From Octopus vulgaris (Eukaryota): a stretch of DNA of 64,000 nucleotides. The DNA lies in assembly GCA_951406725.2 (NCBI GenBank), contig OX597817.1, forward strand, positions 159,216,001-159,280,000, in the 5' to 3' direction. Positions 1 through 13,144 of the stretch are shown piece by piece (position 1 is the stretch's first letter; every line of letters starts with the position of its first letter). The notes under the pieces were generated by a model. It did no database searches and was not told the origin of the DNA. It was given only the letters and a program-made list of their open reading frames with translations. The translations under genes were made by a program, and so were the position numbers.

Positions 1-81
1 ATAGAGAGAGATATACAGGTGGTGCTATTAAATTAGACATGGCCTGGGCCAATAATGGCCGAAACCTATCAAAGTATCAAA

Positions 82-82
<1 letters not shown>

Positions 83-155
<73 letters not shown>
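83..155. repeat. (TA)n microsatellite
   Basis: Pure TA run. Confidence 0.95.
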
Positions 156-158
<3 letters not shown>

Positions 159-310
159 GGCGTAAGAGTGGCTGTGAGCAGGCGTAGGAGTGGCTGTGTG
201 GTAAGCAGCTTGCTTACCAACCACATGGTTCCGGGTTCAGTCCCACTGCATGGCACCTTTGTGAGTGGATTTGTGAGTAGACGGAAATTGAAAGCCTGTC
301 GTATATATGT

Positions 311-362
<52 letters not shown>

Positions 363-583
363 GCGCGCGCGTGTGCGTGCGTGTGTGTGTATGTGTTTGT
401 CCCCCCCAACATCGCTTGACAACCGATGCTGGTGTGTTTACGTCCCCGTACCTTCGCGGTTCGGCAAAAGAGACCGATAGAATAAGTACTTGGCTTACAA
501 AGAATAAGTCCTGGGGTCGATTTGCTCGACTAAAAGCGGTGCTCCAGCATGGCCACAGTCAAATGACTGAAACAAGTAAAAAA
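159..583 (+). mobile_element. SINE family A (tRNA-derived head, internal (GT)n, tail TGACTGAAACAAGTAAAAGAG); duplicated head start, internal deletion
   Basis: A-box-like TGGCTGTGTGG and B-box-like GGTTCAGTCCC; matches >10 other copies in the window. Confidence 0.85.
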
Positions 584-644
584 GTATATATTATATATAA
601 TCGTTTACTCATTTCAGTCATTAGACTGCAGCTATATATATATA

Positions 645-701
<57 letters not shown>

Positions 702-1068
702 CATCCAAGGATTGAGATGTAGGAAGAAAGCTTCAAGCAAACCGTAGTAAATATATATAAAGACTTTCAGGGACGGTAGTGGTTTATTGAAACGGAAGGT
801 TATGGATTTTTTTCTTATCGAAGTACAATAAATTGAAAAATGTTCTTTTTATATTTAACGGTAGGCAAAACACGGTTGCCGAGTATGTGAATAAGCATTC
901 TCATTGAATTTTCCATGTGTTAACATGTACCTCTTTGCCACAGTGTAAAATTTCATCTAATCAAGATATCCTTGGCCTGAAGAGCAGCCTGCAGTAAACA
1001 CCTCTCCAGGATATTTACCCACTTCTATGAAACATATGTAGCCCGGATCTTATTTACTACATAACTCT

Positions 1069-1128
<60 letters not shown>

Positions 1129-1133
<5 letters not shown>

Positions 1134-1236
1134 TATATAGAAGGAGCTTCTACAGGACTAGATCTTCAAGAGAAATCTTAGCTTCCTGAAGATTTCTCTT
1201 GAATAACAGTTCTTGTAACTCCTTCTATATAATAAA
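1129..1236. repeat. Imperfect inverted repeat (hairpin), Penelope-end-like
   Basis: TTTATTATATAGAAGGAG...TTCAAGAGAAATCTT / AAGATTTCTCTTGAA...CTCCTTCTATATAATAAA. Confidence 0.7.
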
Positions 1237-1891
1237 TTATTTTATATATATACCTTATTTACTGTGGTTATATCAACCCGGGATATATATATATATATAT
1301 AACGTAATTTGTTCTTCACAGGGATTCTAATTCTAGCTTGAGGTTTCTAGTTTCTAAAGGTTTTGTTACATACATACATACATACATAGGATCTAGATAA
1401 ACTAATTCACAGATTCTGCATTTTTAAAAATGAAAGTAAAAAATCTGAAAATCGGTTATATTGATGTAGTTTTCCACTGTTATTGCAGTGAATCCATGGT
1501 CTTGTGGAAAAAAAATTGAGGAAAAAGTTACAGAGGTTTAAAAATTGAAAAAAAAAAAATGTATTTTTAGCCAATAGTGAGACAGCGGAGTCAACTTAGT
1601 GGTGTCAACCTTAAGGTTGTACCCTGTGAAATTTATAGTTTAGCGTCTGTGAAATGACCTGTTACCTGTGTTTACTTTATGCGTATTTCAGTATGTATAC
1701 CTGTCATGTACATCATTAATATATAAGTGCATGTGGATGTATGTATTCCTATATAAGTTTATATGTATATGTGAATCAATTTAACTAGATCCTACACACA
1801 AAACACACTCATAACATGCATACATGCGCACACATACACACACATACAAACACTACACACATACACACATGCACACATATGAACGCACATA

Positions 1892-2352
1892 CAGGGGTTA
1901 GACAAAATAATGGAAATACCTTAAAATTTAAAACAAATTAATTTTACTATGGGGTAGGACCGCCTTTGGCACTAATTATAGCTTGCATTCTACGAAGTAT
2001 GAACTCGTACAAAGTTTGAATTGTTTCCAAAGGAATTTTTGTCTATTCTTCAGCTAAAACAGTCTCCAGTTCTTGTAGTGATAAATATACAGGATATCGA
2101 CTCCTTACTTGTGTTTCTAAAATGCACCATAAATGTTCAATAATATTGAGATCTGGGGACTGTGGTAGCCAGATAAGATGTTCAACTTTAGTAGAATGTT
2201 CCTTGTGCCATTCAGTAACAACTTTAGCTGTGTGAATTGGTGCATTATCATCCTTCCCCTCGGAAACAGTTCCGCAACCATAGGATGAATTTGATCAGAT
2301 AAAATACTTAAACAGTTTTGACTATTAATTCTGCCATTAAGGGAAAACCACA
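1892..2352 (-). mobile_element. Tc1-like DNA transposon remnant (one TIR plus frameshifted transposase C-terminus)
   Basis: TA|CAGGGGTTAGACAAAATAATGGAAATACC terminus; minus strand encodes DDNAPIHTAKVVTEW and WLPQSPDLNIIEHLW (Tc1 DD34E motifs). Confidence 0.85.
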
Positions 2353-2534
2353 ATGTGCGGTTGTCTTGGTAACAAGCTGTTAATGCCTCGCTGTCTGTTG
2401 ATTGGCTAAAATTACCCAAATTTCCCAACTTTAATTCCAAGTAACATCAAATTCTTTAATTTACGAGATAAAGTAATTGGTTGATCGTAACTAAAGTTCA
2501 GAGCTGCAACAATACACCAAAATTGAAAACAATC

Positions 2535-2570
<36 letters not shown>

Positions 2571-3867
2571 TTTGGAGTTGGAGTTTGATATAATGGTACT
2601 GCGCAACATTGCCTTCATCAATTGCAGACTGGAGTTTGCACCGATTTCGTCACATTCAGACAAAACCGCTCTCACCAACTCCACCTATCCACTCCACTCC
2701 AATGATATTCTGAAAATCCTTGATGCTACCAGAGAATGTGAGAATGTTCTGGTCCTTTTGATCTACATTGTAACACACTTTTTCTGTTCTTGTTACCCAT
2801 CCAACCGCCATAAAGACAGCTGCATCCATGCAGTGACTATTTTGTTTTGCAGTCAAGTTAGTGCCATTATACTAACTACTGAGAAAGAAAATTTAATTAA
2901 TTATGTCTATGCGATGAGGAGATTATTAATTTATAATTAGATTTTTTATTCTCACTACATTAAGCACGATGGCACTAACTTGACTGTTATTTTTCGCGCG
3001 GATAGTTCTCTGTGTAATTCACCTTAATAATTGTGATAATAATTTCTAACGCCTACTCGTGTACTTTATTGTGGATAATTGTAGTTTCTTATTCGTAATT
3101 TTAGCAACTGCACAGAAGGCTATGTTTTGCTGAGGACGCATAAGTCCGAAACGTGTCTATATTATCGCGCTTACCAAAATCAAATTTTGGCACAAGGCCA
3201 GCAATTTCGGCAGGGCTAGATAGAACAAGTACTTATTTCGTTATAATTCATTTTGAAATAATAATTTCGCACAAACCCATTTCCTCCATGGTTCAACTTA
3301 CTCTCAAATCGTCAAATGTGACATGTGTTCACTCTGACACGTGTAAACAGATGATAAATAGAAACTGCACAGAAGCCTGCCGCATATACTTATTTGCATG
3401 TACGTGTGAATTTGTGTGCTCGTCTCTCACCGCTTGGCGACCGGTGTTAAAAAGTTTAGGTCACCGTAACTTAGCTGTTCAGCAAAACAGCACCCTCAAA
3501 TCACACCTTACTGTCCATCAGATACTACATTGTCTAAAGATACTTTAGACTATGTAGTATCTGATATACAAGAGGATGGTAAGGTCACAGATGGAAAGCC
3601 TTTGATTATAGGTTTGACAGATCAGGCTTGGTGTTGGACAAACAACATTTTGAGAAGAGCAGTATAAATCACTAAAATGTGAGATTATCTTTCAGAGAAA
3701 TTCATTGTTCTTGATACTTTTAATATAAAGACATAGTTTGGGGAGCGAATAGATAATCAGAAAATATTCCTTTTCGAAATAATTTTCTGGTTACTATTGG
3801 CAGGTGGACCAACAAGGAAAGCTTCCGTGCAGTCGCTCAATATGTTAGTAGTAGCTACCAAATTTAG

Positions 3868-4080
3868 TGGAGGCACCTGGCCTAACGGTTAGAGCAGCGG
3901 ACTCGCGGTCGTGGGATCGCAGGTTCGAATCTCAGACCGGGCGATGTGTGTGTTTATGAGCGAAACACCTAAGTTCCACGCGGCTCCGGCAGAAGTTAAT
4001 GGCGAACTTCTGCTGACTCTTTCGCCACAACTTTCTCTCACTCTTTCATCTTGCAGCTCACCTATACGATGGCTCGAAAA
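3868..4080 (+). mobile_element. SINE family B variant, truncated
   Basis: tRNA-like head GGTTAGAGCAGCGGACTCGCGG...GGTTCGAATCTC; similar to 35515-35807 and 59335-59612. Confidence 0.75.
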
Positions 4081-4498
4081 GGAACAAACAACAACAACAA
4101 TTGCTACCAAATTCTACAAACTAAGTTAAAAAAAGAAGCCAGCATCTTGTATAATGTAATTATACATGTATCACAGACTTATTCAATACTGATCCTGGAT
4201 GACACGAAACGCTCAATTATGAACCATATTACGCTTATCATGGTTTGAGCTGTGATAACACGGGTCGGCACTCAGACGAAGATTGTTTGTACCACAAAAA
4301 TGCGACCACTCGCTCAAACTATTGCGTATTTTCGTATTTTATTATATAAAATATAATCGTGTAGCGAGGCTGCGTATATATTCTTTTTCATACGGTTTTT
4401 CATACTTATAACCATCAACATATCTCGAGTGAACAGAAAAAATACGAAGGCGCCTGATCCTAACAAACGATTCAGACGAATGTAAGAAAAGGGGGGGA

Positions 4499-4879
4499 GC
4501 ACTCCGTCGGTTACGACGACGAGGGTCCCAGCTGATATACGATCAACGGAACAGTCTGCTCGTGAAATTAACGTGCAAGTGGCTGAGCAATCCACAGACA
4601 TGTGTACCCTTAACGTAGTTCTCAGGGAGATTCAGCGTGACACAGAGAGTGACAAGGCCGGCCCTTTGAAATACAGGTACAACAGAAACAGGAAGTAAGA
4701 GTGAGAGAAAGTTGTGGTGAAAGAGTACAGCAGGGATCACCACCATCCCCTGCCGGAGCCTCGTGGAGCTTTAGGTGTTTTCGCTCAATAAACACTCACA
4801 ACGCCCGGTCTGGGAATCGAAACCGCGATCCTATGACCGCGAGTCCGCTGCCCTAACCACTGGGCCATTGCGCCTCCAC
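4499..4879 (-). mobile_element. SINE family B, full length
   Basis: Near-identical to copies at 17344, 25454, 26137, 36848, 41364, 57208; tRNA-like head GTGGAGGCGCAATGGCCCAGTGGTTAGGGC. Confidence 0.9.
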
Positions 4880-4894
4880 GCTTATACAGTAATA

Positions 4895-5182
4895 CTGTAA
4901 TCCCTCGACTATCGCGAGTGTTATGTTGCAAAACACGCTGCGATAGGTGAAAATCCGCAGAGTAGAAACAGTTCTATACTCTTTTACTTGTTTCAGTCAT
5001 GTGATTGTAGCCATGTTGGAGCACCGCATTTAGTCGAGCAAATCGACTCCAGGACTTATTCTTTGTAAGCCTAGTACCTATTCTATCGGTCTCTTTTGCC
5101 GAACCGCTAAGTTACGGGGACGTAAACACACAAGCATCGGTTGTCAAGCGATGTTGGGGGAACAAACACAGACACACAAACG

Positions 5183-5218
<36 letters not shown>

Positions 5219-5498
5219 TACACACACACACACACATACATACACACACACACACACACATATATATATACATATATACGACGGGCTTCTTTCAGTTTCC
5301 GTCTACCAAATTCACTCACAAGTGTGGTTCGTAAGCAAGCTACTTACCACACAGCCACTCGTATATATATATGATTTTTTTAAATAATTTGTATATATTT
5401 ATTTTATTATAAATGCAAAACACCACCATGGAGGAATCGATGTAAAGCTTAAATAATAAACTGCAATAGGTGAACCGCGATATGGTGAGTGATTACTG
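4895..5498. mobile_element. Tigger-like MITE inserted at a TA in the outer element's TIR
   Basis: TIRs C(T)GTAATCCCTCG / TGAGTGATTACTG with flanking TA; second copy at 32390-32620 in opposite orientation. Confidence 0.8.
4976..5362 (-). mobile_element. SINE family A, internally deleted, nested in the MITE
   Basis: Family A tail, (CA)n and partial head. Confidence 0.85.
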
Positions 5499-6349
5499 TA
5501 CCTCACTTTACGCGGATCCGCTTCCCGAGACCCCGGGTTTAATTTTTCAAGCACAAGATCCAAATTTTGAACGAAATGCAAAAGTTTCTAATACTATAAT
5601 AAATGTTTCTGCATGTTACCGAGAAATTTATAGAGAGCGAAAAAAAGCTTCTAAGCAAACAGCTCTAGACTTGTTTTTTTGAAAAGAAACCTGCAAGTCC
5701 GTCTACGAATGCTTGTGTATCAGCGATCGTGTCCACAAATGATAGTGTGCGCGAGTTTAGTGCGAGTGAAAGTGATTCAGAAAACAATTATAATAATAAT
5801 GTTTTTTATTATAAATGATCTTGATATTCTTTTTACTTTACATAAGATGTTCGTTACATTCTACTGTTGTTTTATTGCCATTTATTTACGAGTATTATAA
5901 ATTTTATAGGTAAAATATTTCTCAGGGAACGAATTACCATTCATAACATTGCTACTATGGGAAAATTATTGCTGTGTTTTACGATTTTTCGCTTTACGAG
6001 CGGTCTCCGGGAATAAATTAACTCGTATATCGAGGTATTACTTTATATCGTATGCAAGAAAGAAAATGATTGTGTGGCCGAAATGCCTTTGATCTTAAAT
6101 CTGTTCGATCAGTCTGACATGGGGCTAAATAGCAACAGCTATTAATTGGTGAAGTCTCCATTTTTTAGCAGGTGTATGAAGGAAAATCAAAGGTGAGCAC
6201 GTGAAATAGATGAGTCAATGAGTGATATGAGAAAAAAAAAAGATATTGCATTCGATCGATATATAAAATGATTTTCGATTTTGGAAAACAACTACAATTT
6301 TGAAGACGTGTAATGTCTCTATTGAATCGGCACAAGTATATGACTGGTG

Positions 6350-7316
6350 AAGGCGGTGAGCTGGCAGAATCGTTAGCACGCCGGCATAATGCTTATCGGC
6401 ATTTCGTCTGCCGCTACGTCCTGAGTTCAAATTCCGCCGAGGTCGACTTTGCCTTTTATCCTTTCGGGGGTCGATAAATCATGTACCAGTTACGCACTGG
6501 GGTCGATGAATCGACTTCATCCGTTTGTCTGTCCTTGTTTGTCCCCTCTGTGTTTAGCCCCTTGTGGGTAGTAAAGAAATAGGTATTTCGTCTGCCGTTA
6601 CGTTCTGAGTTCAAATTCCGCCGAGGTCGACTTTGCCTTTTATCCTTTCGGGGGTCGATAAATTATGTACCAGTTACGCACTGGGGTCGATGAATCGACT
6701 TAACCTGTTTGTCTGTCCTTGTTTGTCCCCTCTGTGTTTAGCCCCTTGTGGGTAGTAAAGAAATAGGTATTTCGTCTGCCGTTACGTTCTGAGTTCAAAT
6801 TCCGTCGAGGTCGACTTTGCCTTTTATCCTTTCGGGGGTCGATAAATTATGTACCAGTTACGCACTGGGGTCGATGTAATCGACTTAATCCGTTTGTTTG
6901 TCCTTGTTTGTTCTCTGTGTGTTTAGCCCCTTGTGGTTAGTAAAGAAATAGGTATTTCGTCTGCCGTTACGTTCTGAGTTCAAATTCCGTCGAGGTCGAC
7001 TTTGCCTTTTATCCTTTCGGGGTCGATAAATTATGTACCAGTTACGCACTGGGGTCGATGTAATCGACTTAATCCGTTTGTTTGTCCTTGTTTGTTCTCT
7101 GTGTGTTTAGCCCCTTGTGGTTAGTAAAGAAATAGGTATTTCGTCTGCCGTTACGTTCTGAGTTCAAATTCCGCCGAGGTCGTCTTTGCCTTTCATCCTT
7201 TCGGGGTTGATAAATTAAGTACAAGTTACGCACTGGGGTCGATGAATCGACTTAATCCCTTTGTCTGTCCTTGTTTGTCCCCTCTATGTTTAGCCCCGGT
7301 GAACAATAAAGAAATA
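6350..7316 (+). mobile_element. SINE family C (MetaSINE-like central domain): one head plus five tandem ~185-bp units
   Basis: B box GAGTTCAAATTCC followed by GGTCGACTTTGCCTTT(T/C)ATCCTTTCGGGGTCGATAAA...TACCAG, resembling the Meta/Sauria-SINE domain; repeated 5 times. Confidence 0.88.
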
Positions 7317-7769
7317 ACAAATATATAACTGGTATTTTTTTTTATCAACACCGGCGGCGGAATTTAAATTCACAACATAAAAAGATAGAATTTCAACGTT
7401 AGCTTCAGCTTGGTGTATGAAACGTGTTGGTGTCACCGCTTTGGCCTCGTTGATTCGACGAAGGCTTATTTCACACCAGACGTTTTAAATGTTTTTCTCA
7501 TTCCCCGCTCTCTTTCTCTGTTCATGTGTGTGCAAATGTTTCTCTTTATGTGTCTGAGAAGAGAGAAAATGCTTATGTTAATCGTGTTCAGTTAATAAAT
7601 TGTAATGATTCTCTCTTACCGTCCGCCTCTCTCTCTTTCTCTCTTCTTCATTCCCTTTCTCTCTCTCCCCCTCTCTCTCTCATTCATTGGCTTTCTCTCT
7701 CTCTCTCTCTCGTTATCTGCATGTGTATATTCCTGTGCGTGCATGTGTGCGTTTGTGTGGGTTTTTATA

Positions 7770-8006
7770 TACCTATTTCTTTACTACCCACAAGGGGCTA
7801 AACACAGAGGGGACAAACAAGGACAGACAAACGGATCAAGTCGATTACATCGACCCCAGTGCGTAACTGGTACTTTATTTATCGACCCCGAAAGGATGAA
7901 AGGCAAAGTCGACCTCGGCGGGATTTGAACTCAGAACGTAGCGGCAGACGAATTACAGCTACGCATTTCGCCCGGCGTGCTAACGATTCTGCCAGCTCGC
8001 CGCCTT
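7770..8006 (-). mobile_element. SINE family C monomer
   Basis: Reverse complement of the family C unit, with head AAGGCGGCGAGCTGGCAGAATCGTTAGC. Confidence 0.88.
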
Positions 8007-8448
8007 TTGGGGTTTTATATATCTCTGTCTATGTGTGTGTGCATGTGTTCGCTTTAAGCGCCAACACTAATTCAATGTCTAGTCAGCCGCGCCATATCGC
8101 CAGCGTCAAACAGTCACACCTACTTGTCTCATTCCATTTCCCTTGGTGATCGACTATTTTTGCCAATTCACAGCCTCACATACATTGATGAAAGAGAAAA
8201 CGACTTTAATTATAGATCTCTGAGCGAGGTATAAACAGTAGCTGCACGACATCGTGAAGTATATTTGCCTCTTAAATGTGGCTAACCCTTAAGTAGCAAA
8301 AGGTGCAATCAAGCAATAATACAGTAGCATCCACCCTTAAGGGTTATCCACATTTAAGTGGCAAATATAAAACTACTTTACATTTTGCTTTTATTTTGTA
8401 AAATATTTTAAAAAAGGAGCAAAAGGCAAAATTATATTAACTATTATA

Positions 8449-8619
8449 GGCGCAGGAGTGGCTGTGTGGTAAGTAGCTTGTTTACCAACCACATGGTTCC
8501 GGGTTCAGTCCCACTGTGTGGCACCTTGGGCAAGTGTCTTCTACTATAGCCTCGGGCCGACCAAAGCCTTGTGAATGGATTTGGTAGACGGAAACTGAAA
8601 GAAGCCTGTCGTATATATG

Positions 8620-8662
<43 letters not shown>

Positions 8663-8881
8663 TTGTGTTTGTGTGTCTGTGTTTGTCCCCCTGGCATTGC
8701 TTGACAACCGATGCTGGTGTGTTTATGTCCCCGTTACTTAGCGGTTTGGCAAAAGAGACCGATAGAATAAGTACTTGGCTTACAAAAGAATAAGTCCCGG
8801 GGTCGAGTTGCTCGATTAAAGGCGGTGCTCCAGCATGGCCGCAGTCAAATGACTGAAACAAGGAAAAGAGTAAAAGAGAGT
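8449..8881 (+). mobile_element. SINE family A, full length
   Basis: Complete head, body, internal microsatellite and tail. Confidence 0.9.
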
Positions 8882-8962
8882 ATTTAGTTAATGTAATTTA
8901 TAACATGCAGAGGAGCTGGCACACACATGTACATATATAAATACATGCATACACACATACAT

Positions 8963-8996
<34 letters not shown>

Positions 8997-9181
8997 CTTT
9001 GTGTATGTCCCCTAGCATCGCCTGTCAGCTCGTATTGGAGTACCCGTAACTTAGCGATTCGGCCAAAGATACCGATAAAATAAAAACCAGACTTTAAAAA
9101 TAAATACTACGGTCGATTTATACGACTAAACCCTTCAATTTTTATTTCTTCAATTTTCTTTTCACTTGAACAGCGTACAAT

Positions 9182-9462
9182 GTGGAGGCGCAATGGCCCA
9201 GTGGTTGGGGCAGCGAACTCGCGGTCGGAGGATCGCGGTTTCGATTCCCAGGCCGGGCGTTGTGTGTGTTTATTGAGCGAAAACACCAAAAAGCTCCACG
9301 GCCCCTGTTGCACTCTTTCGCCCCAACTTTCTCTCGCTCTTTCTTCATGTTTCTTGAGTAACGCTGCGATGGACTGGCGCCCCGTCCAGCTGGGGGGAAC
9401 ACATACGCCACAGAAACCGGGAAACCGGGCCCATGAGCCTGGCTAGGCTTGAAAAGGGCGCA
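9182..9462 (+). mobile_element. SINE with family B head and family D tail
   Basis: Head as family B; 3' part CTGCGATGGACTGGCG...ATGAGCCTGGCTAGGCTT as at 28177-28420. Confidence 0.75.
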
Positions 9463-9557
9463 CAAATAAATAAAGTGAACAGCATACATACACAAATATA
9501 CACACCTGCACATAAACACATACATACACTAATATATATAATATGCAAAAATAAATA

Positions 9558-9929
9558 GCAGGAGTGGCTGTGTGGTAAGTAGCTTGCTAACCAATCACAT
9601 GGTTCCGGGTTCAGTCCCACTGCGTGACATCTTGGGCAAGTGTCTTCTGCTATAGCCCCGGGCCGACCAAAGCCTTGTGAGTGGATTTGGTAGACGGAAA
9701 CTGAAAGAAGCCTGTCGGATATATGTATATATATATGCGCGCGTGTGTGTGTGTGTGTATCTGTGTTTGTCCCCCTAGCATTGCTTGACAACCGATGCTG
9801 GTGTGGCAAAAAGAGACCGATAGACTAAGTACTGGGCTTACAAAGAATAAGTCCTGGGGTCGATTTGCTCGATTAAAGGCGGTGCTCCAGCATGGCCGCA
9901 GTCAAATGACTGAAACAAGTAAAAGAGAA
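9558..9929 (+). mobile_element. SINE family A flanked by a 77-bp direct repeat
   Basis: 9481-9557 is identical to 9930-10006. Confidence 0.9.
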
Positions 9930-10222
9930 AGCATACATACACAAATATACACACCTGCACATAAACACATACATACACTAATATATATAATATGCAAAAA
10001 TAAATACACATATATACATACCTGGTACATAAGCATATAGATAAACTTACCTACACAAATATACATACACACAGAGATACATACATACGCACAAAATGCA
10101 CAAACATAAGCGATTCGTGAAAACAAAACGTGTGTGTATTTACGTGTGTGTGTGACTGAGTGTGTAAGCGAGTGTGTGTTTCACTGTTCAGCTCGCTCCT
10201 GGACGTGAAAGACTATGGCTGT

Positions 10223-10258
<36 letters not shown>

Positions 10259-10303
10259 TGTGTGTATGTGTGTGTGCGTGCGTGACAGTGTTTTTCCATG
10301 TTC

Positions 10304-10495
10304 ACTCTTTACTCATTTACTTGTTTCAGTCATGTGACTGTGGCCATGCTGGAGCACCGCCTTTAGTCGAGCAAATCGACCTCAGGACTTATTCTTTGTA
10401 AACCTAGTACTTATTCTATTGGGCTCTTTTGCCGAACCGCTAAGTTACGGGGACGTATACACCCTAGCATCGGTTGTCAAGCGATATTAGGGGAA

Positions 10496-10534
<39 letters not shown>

Positions 10535-10563
10535 ACATACACACACACACACACACACAAACA

Positions 10564-10627
<64 letters not shown>

Positions 10628-10781
10628 TATATTTATACATACCCACGACGGGCTTCTTTCAGTTTCCGTCTACCAGAAGGCTATAGTAGAAGACACTTGC
10701 CCAAGGTGCCACGCAGTGGGACTGAACCCTGAACCATGTGGCTGGTAAGCAAGCTACTTACCACACAACCACTCCTACGCC
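10304..10781 (-). mobile_element. SINE family A with expanded (CA)n
   Basis: Family A head and tail in reverse orientation. Confidence 0.88.
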
Positions 10782-10787
10782 TATAGA

Positions 10788-10889
10788 AAGACATTTACAG
10801 CACCTAGGTTTCCCAAGCGGTCACCCATCTAGGTACTAACTAGGCTCGATGTTGCTTAACTTCGGTGATCGGACGAGAACCGGTGTTTT
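10788..10889 (-). pseudogene. 5S rRNA: 5S rRNA pseudogene lacking about the first 20 nt
   Basis: Minus strand AAAACACCGGTTCTCGTCCGATCACCGAAGTTAAGCAACATCGAGCCTAGTTAGTACCTAGATGGGTGACCGCTTGGGAAACCTAGGTGCTGTA matches the metazoan 5S sequence including the A and C boxes. Confidence 0.9.
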
Positions 10890-11185
10890 GTTGAAAAAAA
10901 AAAAAAAAAAATTAAAAAGGTAAAAATTTTCTTACGGAAATTGCCGAAGATATAATTTCAGTTTGGTTATACCATCTCCGAAGGAATGCCGAAAAATAGT
11001 TACTTTCAGCACTTATATTTCATTTCCTTGATACTAACATTACTTTGCAGTTTAATTGCGAATGTGATTGAGAAGATTAAAGAATTCAACCGCTATTCAT
11101 AAATTTCTGTGAAAACAAAATTGTGTTTGACATTGGCGAACTGTTCTATGATATATGACAAAACTAGATTTATAATCACAACAAC

Positions 11186-11224
<39 letters not shown>

Positions 11225-11432
11225 GCTGAAAGTGAATTGCGTTTGTACACAGCCCATCCCACAACCAACCATAAACAACCATAAACCATTGAACAAAGCA
11301 CTATGATATAATAGTAAAAATATATAAGGAACATAGTACACCAATTAATGAGTGCAGGTGAAACCGGAGTGTCCTTTCATAATCTCCACCGAAGCGAAGT
11401 GAAATATAAGAAGGAGGCATGGTGGTCTTAGA

Positions 11433-12132
<700 letters not shown>

Positions 12133-13144
12133 ATGCATGTATGTATGTGTGAGTGCTTGTGTGTGTATTTATGTGCAATAACAATCATCATCGTCATCAT
12201 CATCATTGATTAATTTTGAGTATTCATAAAGTTATATGTTTGTGAAGGAGTGGTGCTTAAGTTAATTCAATCTGTCCACAGTATATTGCTGGTAGTTTTT
12301 TTATCGATTTCAGAGATATGAAGAATACTATCGACCTCGTTGCAATTTGCGCTGGAATCATGGGAAGGTATGAACTAAACACTACAAATACTCCATAACC
12401 GCAAGAACCTCCGATGCTCTTTTAATTAAGTACGACGCCTGTCCAAAAGAAATCGAACGCTAAAATCGATTTTAAAATCTATTATTTTATTTACAATTTA
12501 AGCAAAGTACTTGACTTCTTCATAATAGTTTCCTCTACTGTCCATCACCACCCACGCATGGCCTAGTAGTTAGGGTGTTACACTCACAATCGCGAGATCC
12601 TGGTTTCAGTTCCGAGACCGACAGTACCAGCTGAGTACTAAAGGTGGATGAAATCAACTTACCTCCTCCAAACCGCTAAGTTACGGGGACGTAAACACAC
12701 CAGCATTCGTTTTATGTTTTATGTCCTCACTGTGATGTCTTTGTAGTGTCCCCTCTGTGTTGTGACCGTAGTGCCAAAAATAAAGAAACATTGGCGGAGG
12801 TTTGCGCTCTCTGAGTGCTCTTATTATCATTATTCCTCGCAAAAATGACCCTGAAACTCCAGTCGGCCAACTCACGAGATTTGAAGTTCAGAAAAAAAAG
12901 CGTTGGTAATTTAAAAATTTAAAGAAAACTAAAATATATTGGAATTGGAAGGATTTACAATTTTTTAGAGATGTTATGAAAAAGAATATTATTGTAATAA
13001 AATCTCACGTTATATAAAAGGAGAATTAGTAATGTTAATAACATTGTGAAGAAGGGGCATAACCCCACTTTTTTTTTTAACTTTTAGAGAAGAGCTTTTA
13101 TACAGTAAGTGTATAAAAAGAGGGCGATGCTTTGTTAAAACTAT

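Larger units (their letters stand above)
4887..6043 (+). mobile_element. Tigger/pogo-like non-autonomous transposon (outer element of a nest)
   Basis: Termini CAGTAATA[insert]CCTCA and CGAGGTATTACT; remnant peptide DPNFERNAKV...CYREIYRERKKASKQTALDLFF resembles a Tigger transposase C-terminus. Confidence 0.7.

Noticed and set aside
4543-4746. Recurrent 67-aa ORF MVVIPAVLFHHN... (six copies)
   Set aside because: Lies inside SINE family B; recurrence reflects young copies, not a gene family
10788-10889. Functional 5S rRNA gene
   Set aside because: 5' helix I strand is missing, it is a single copy and the terminator is weak
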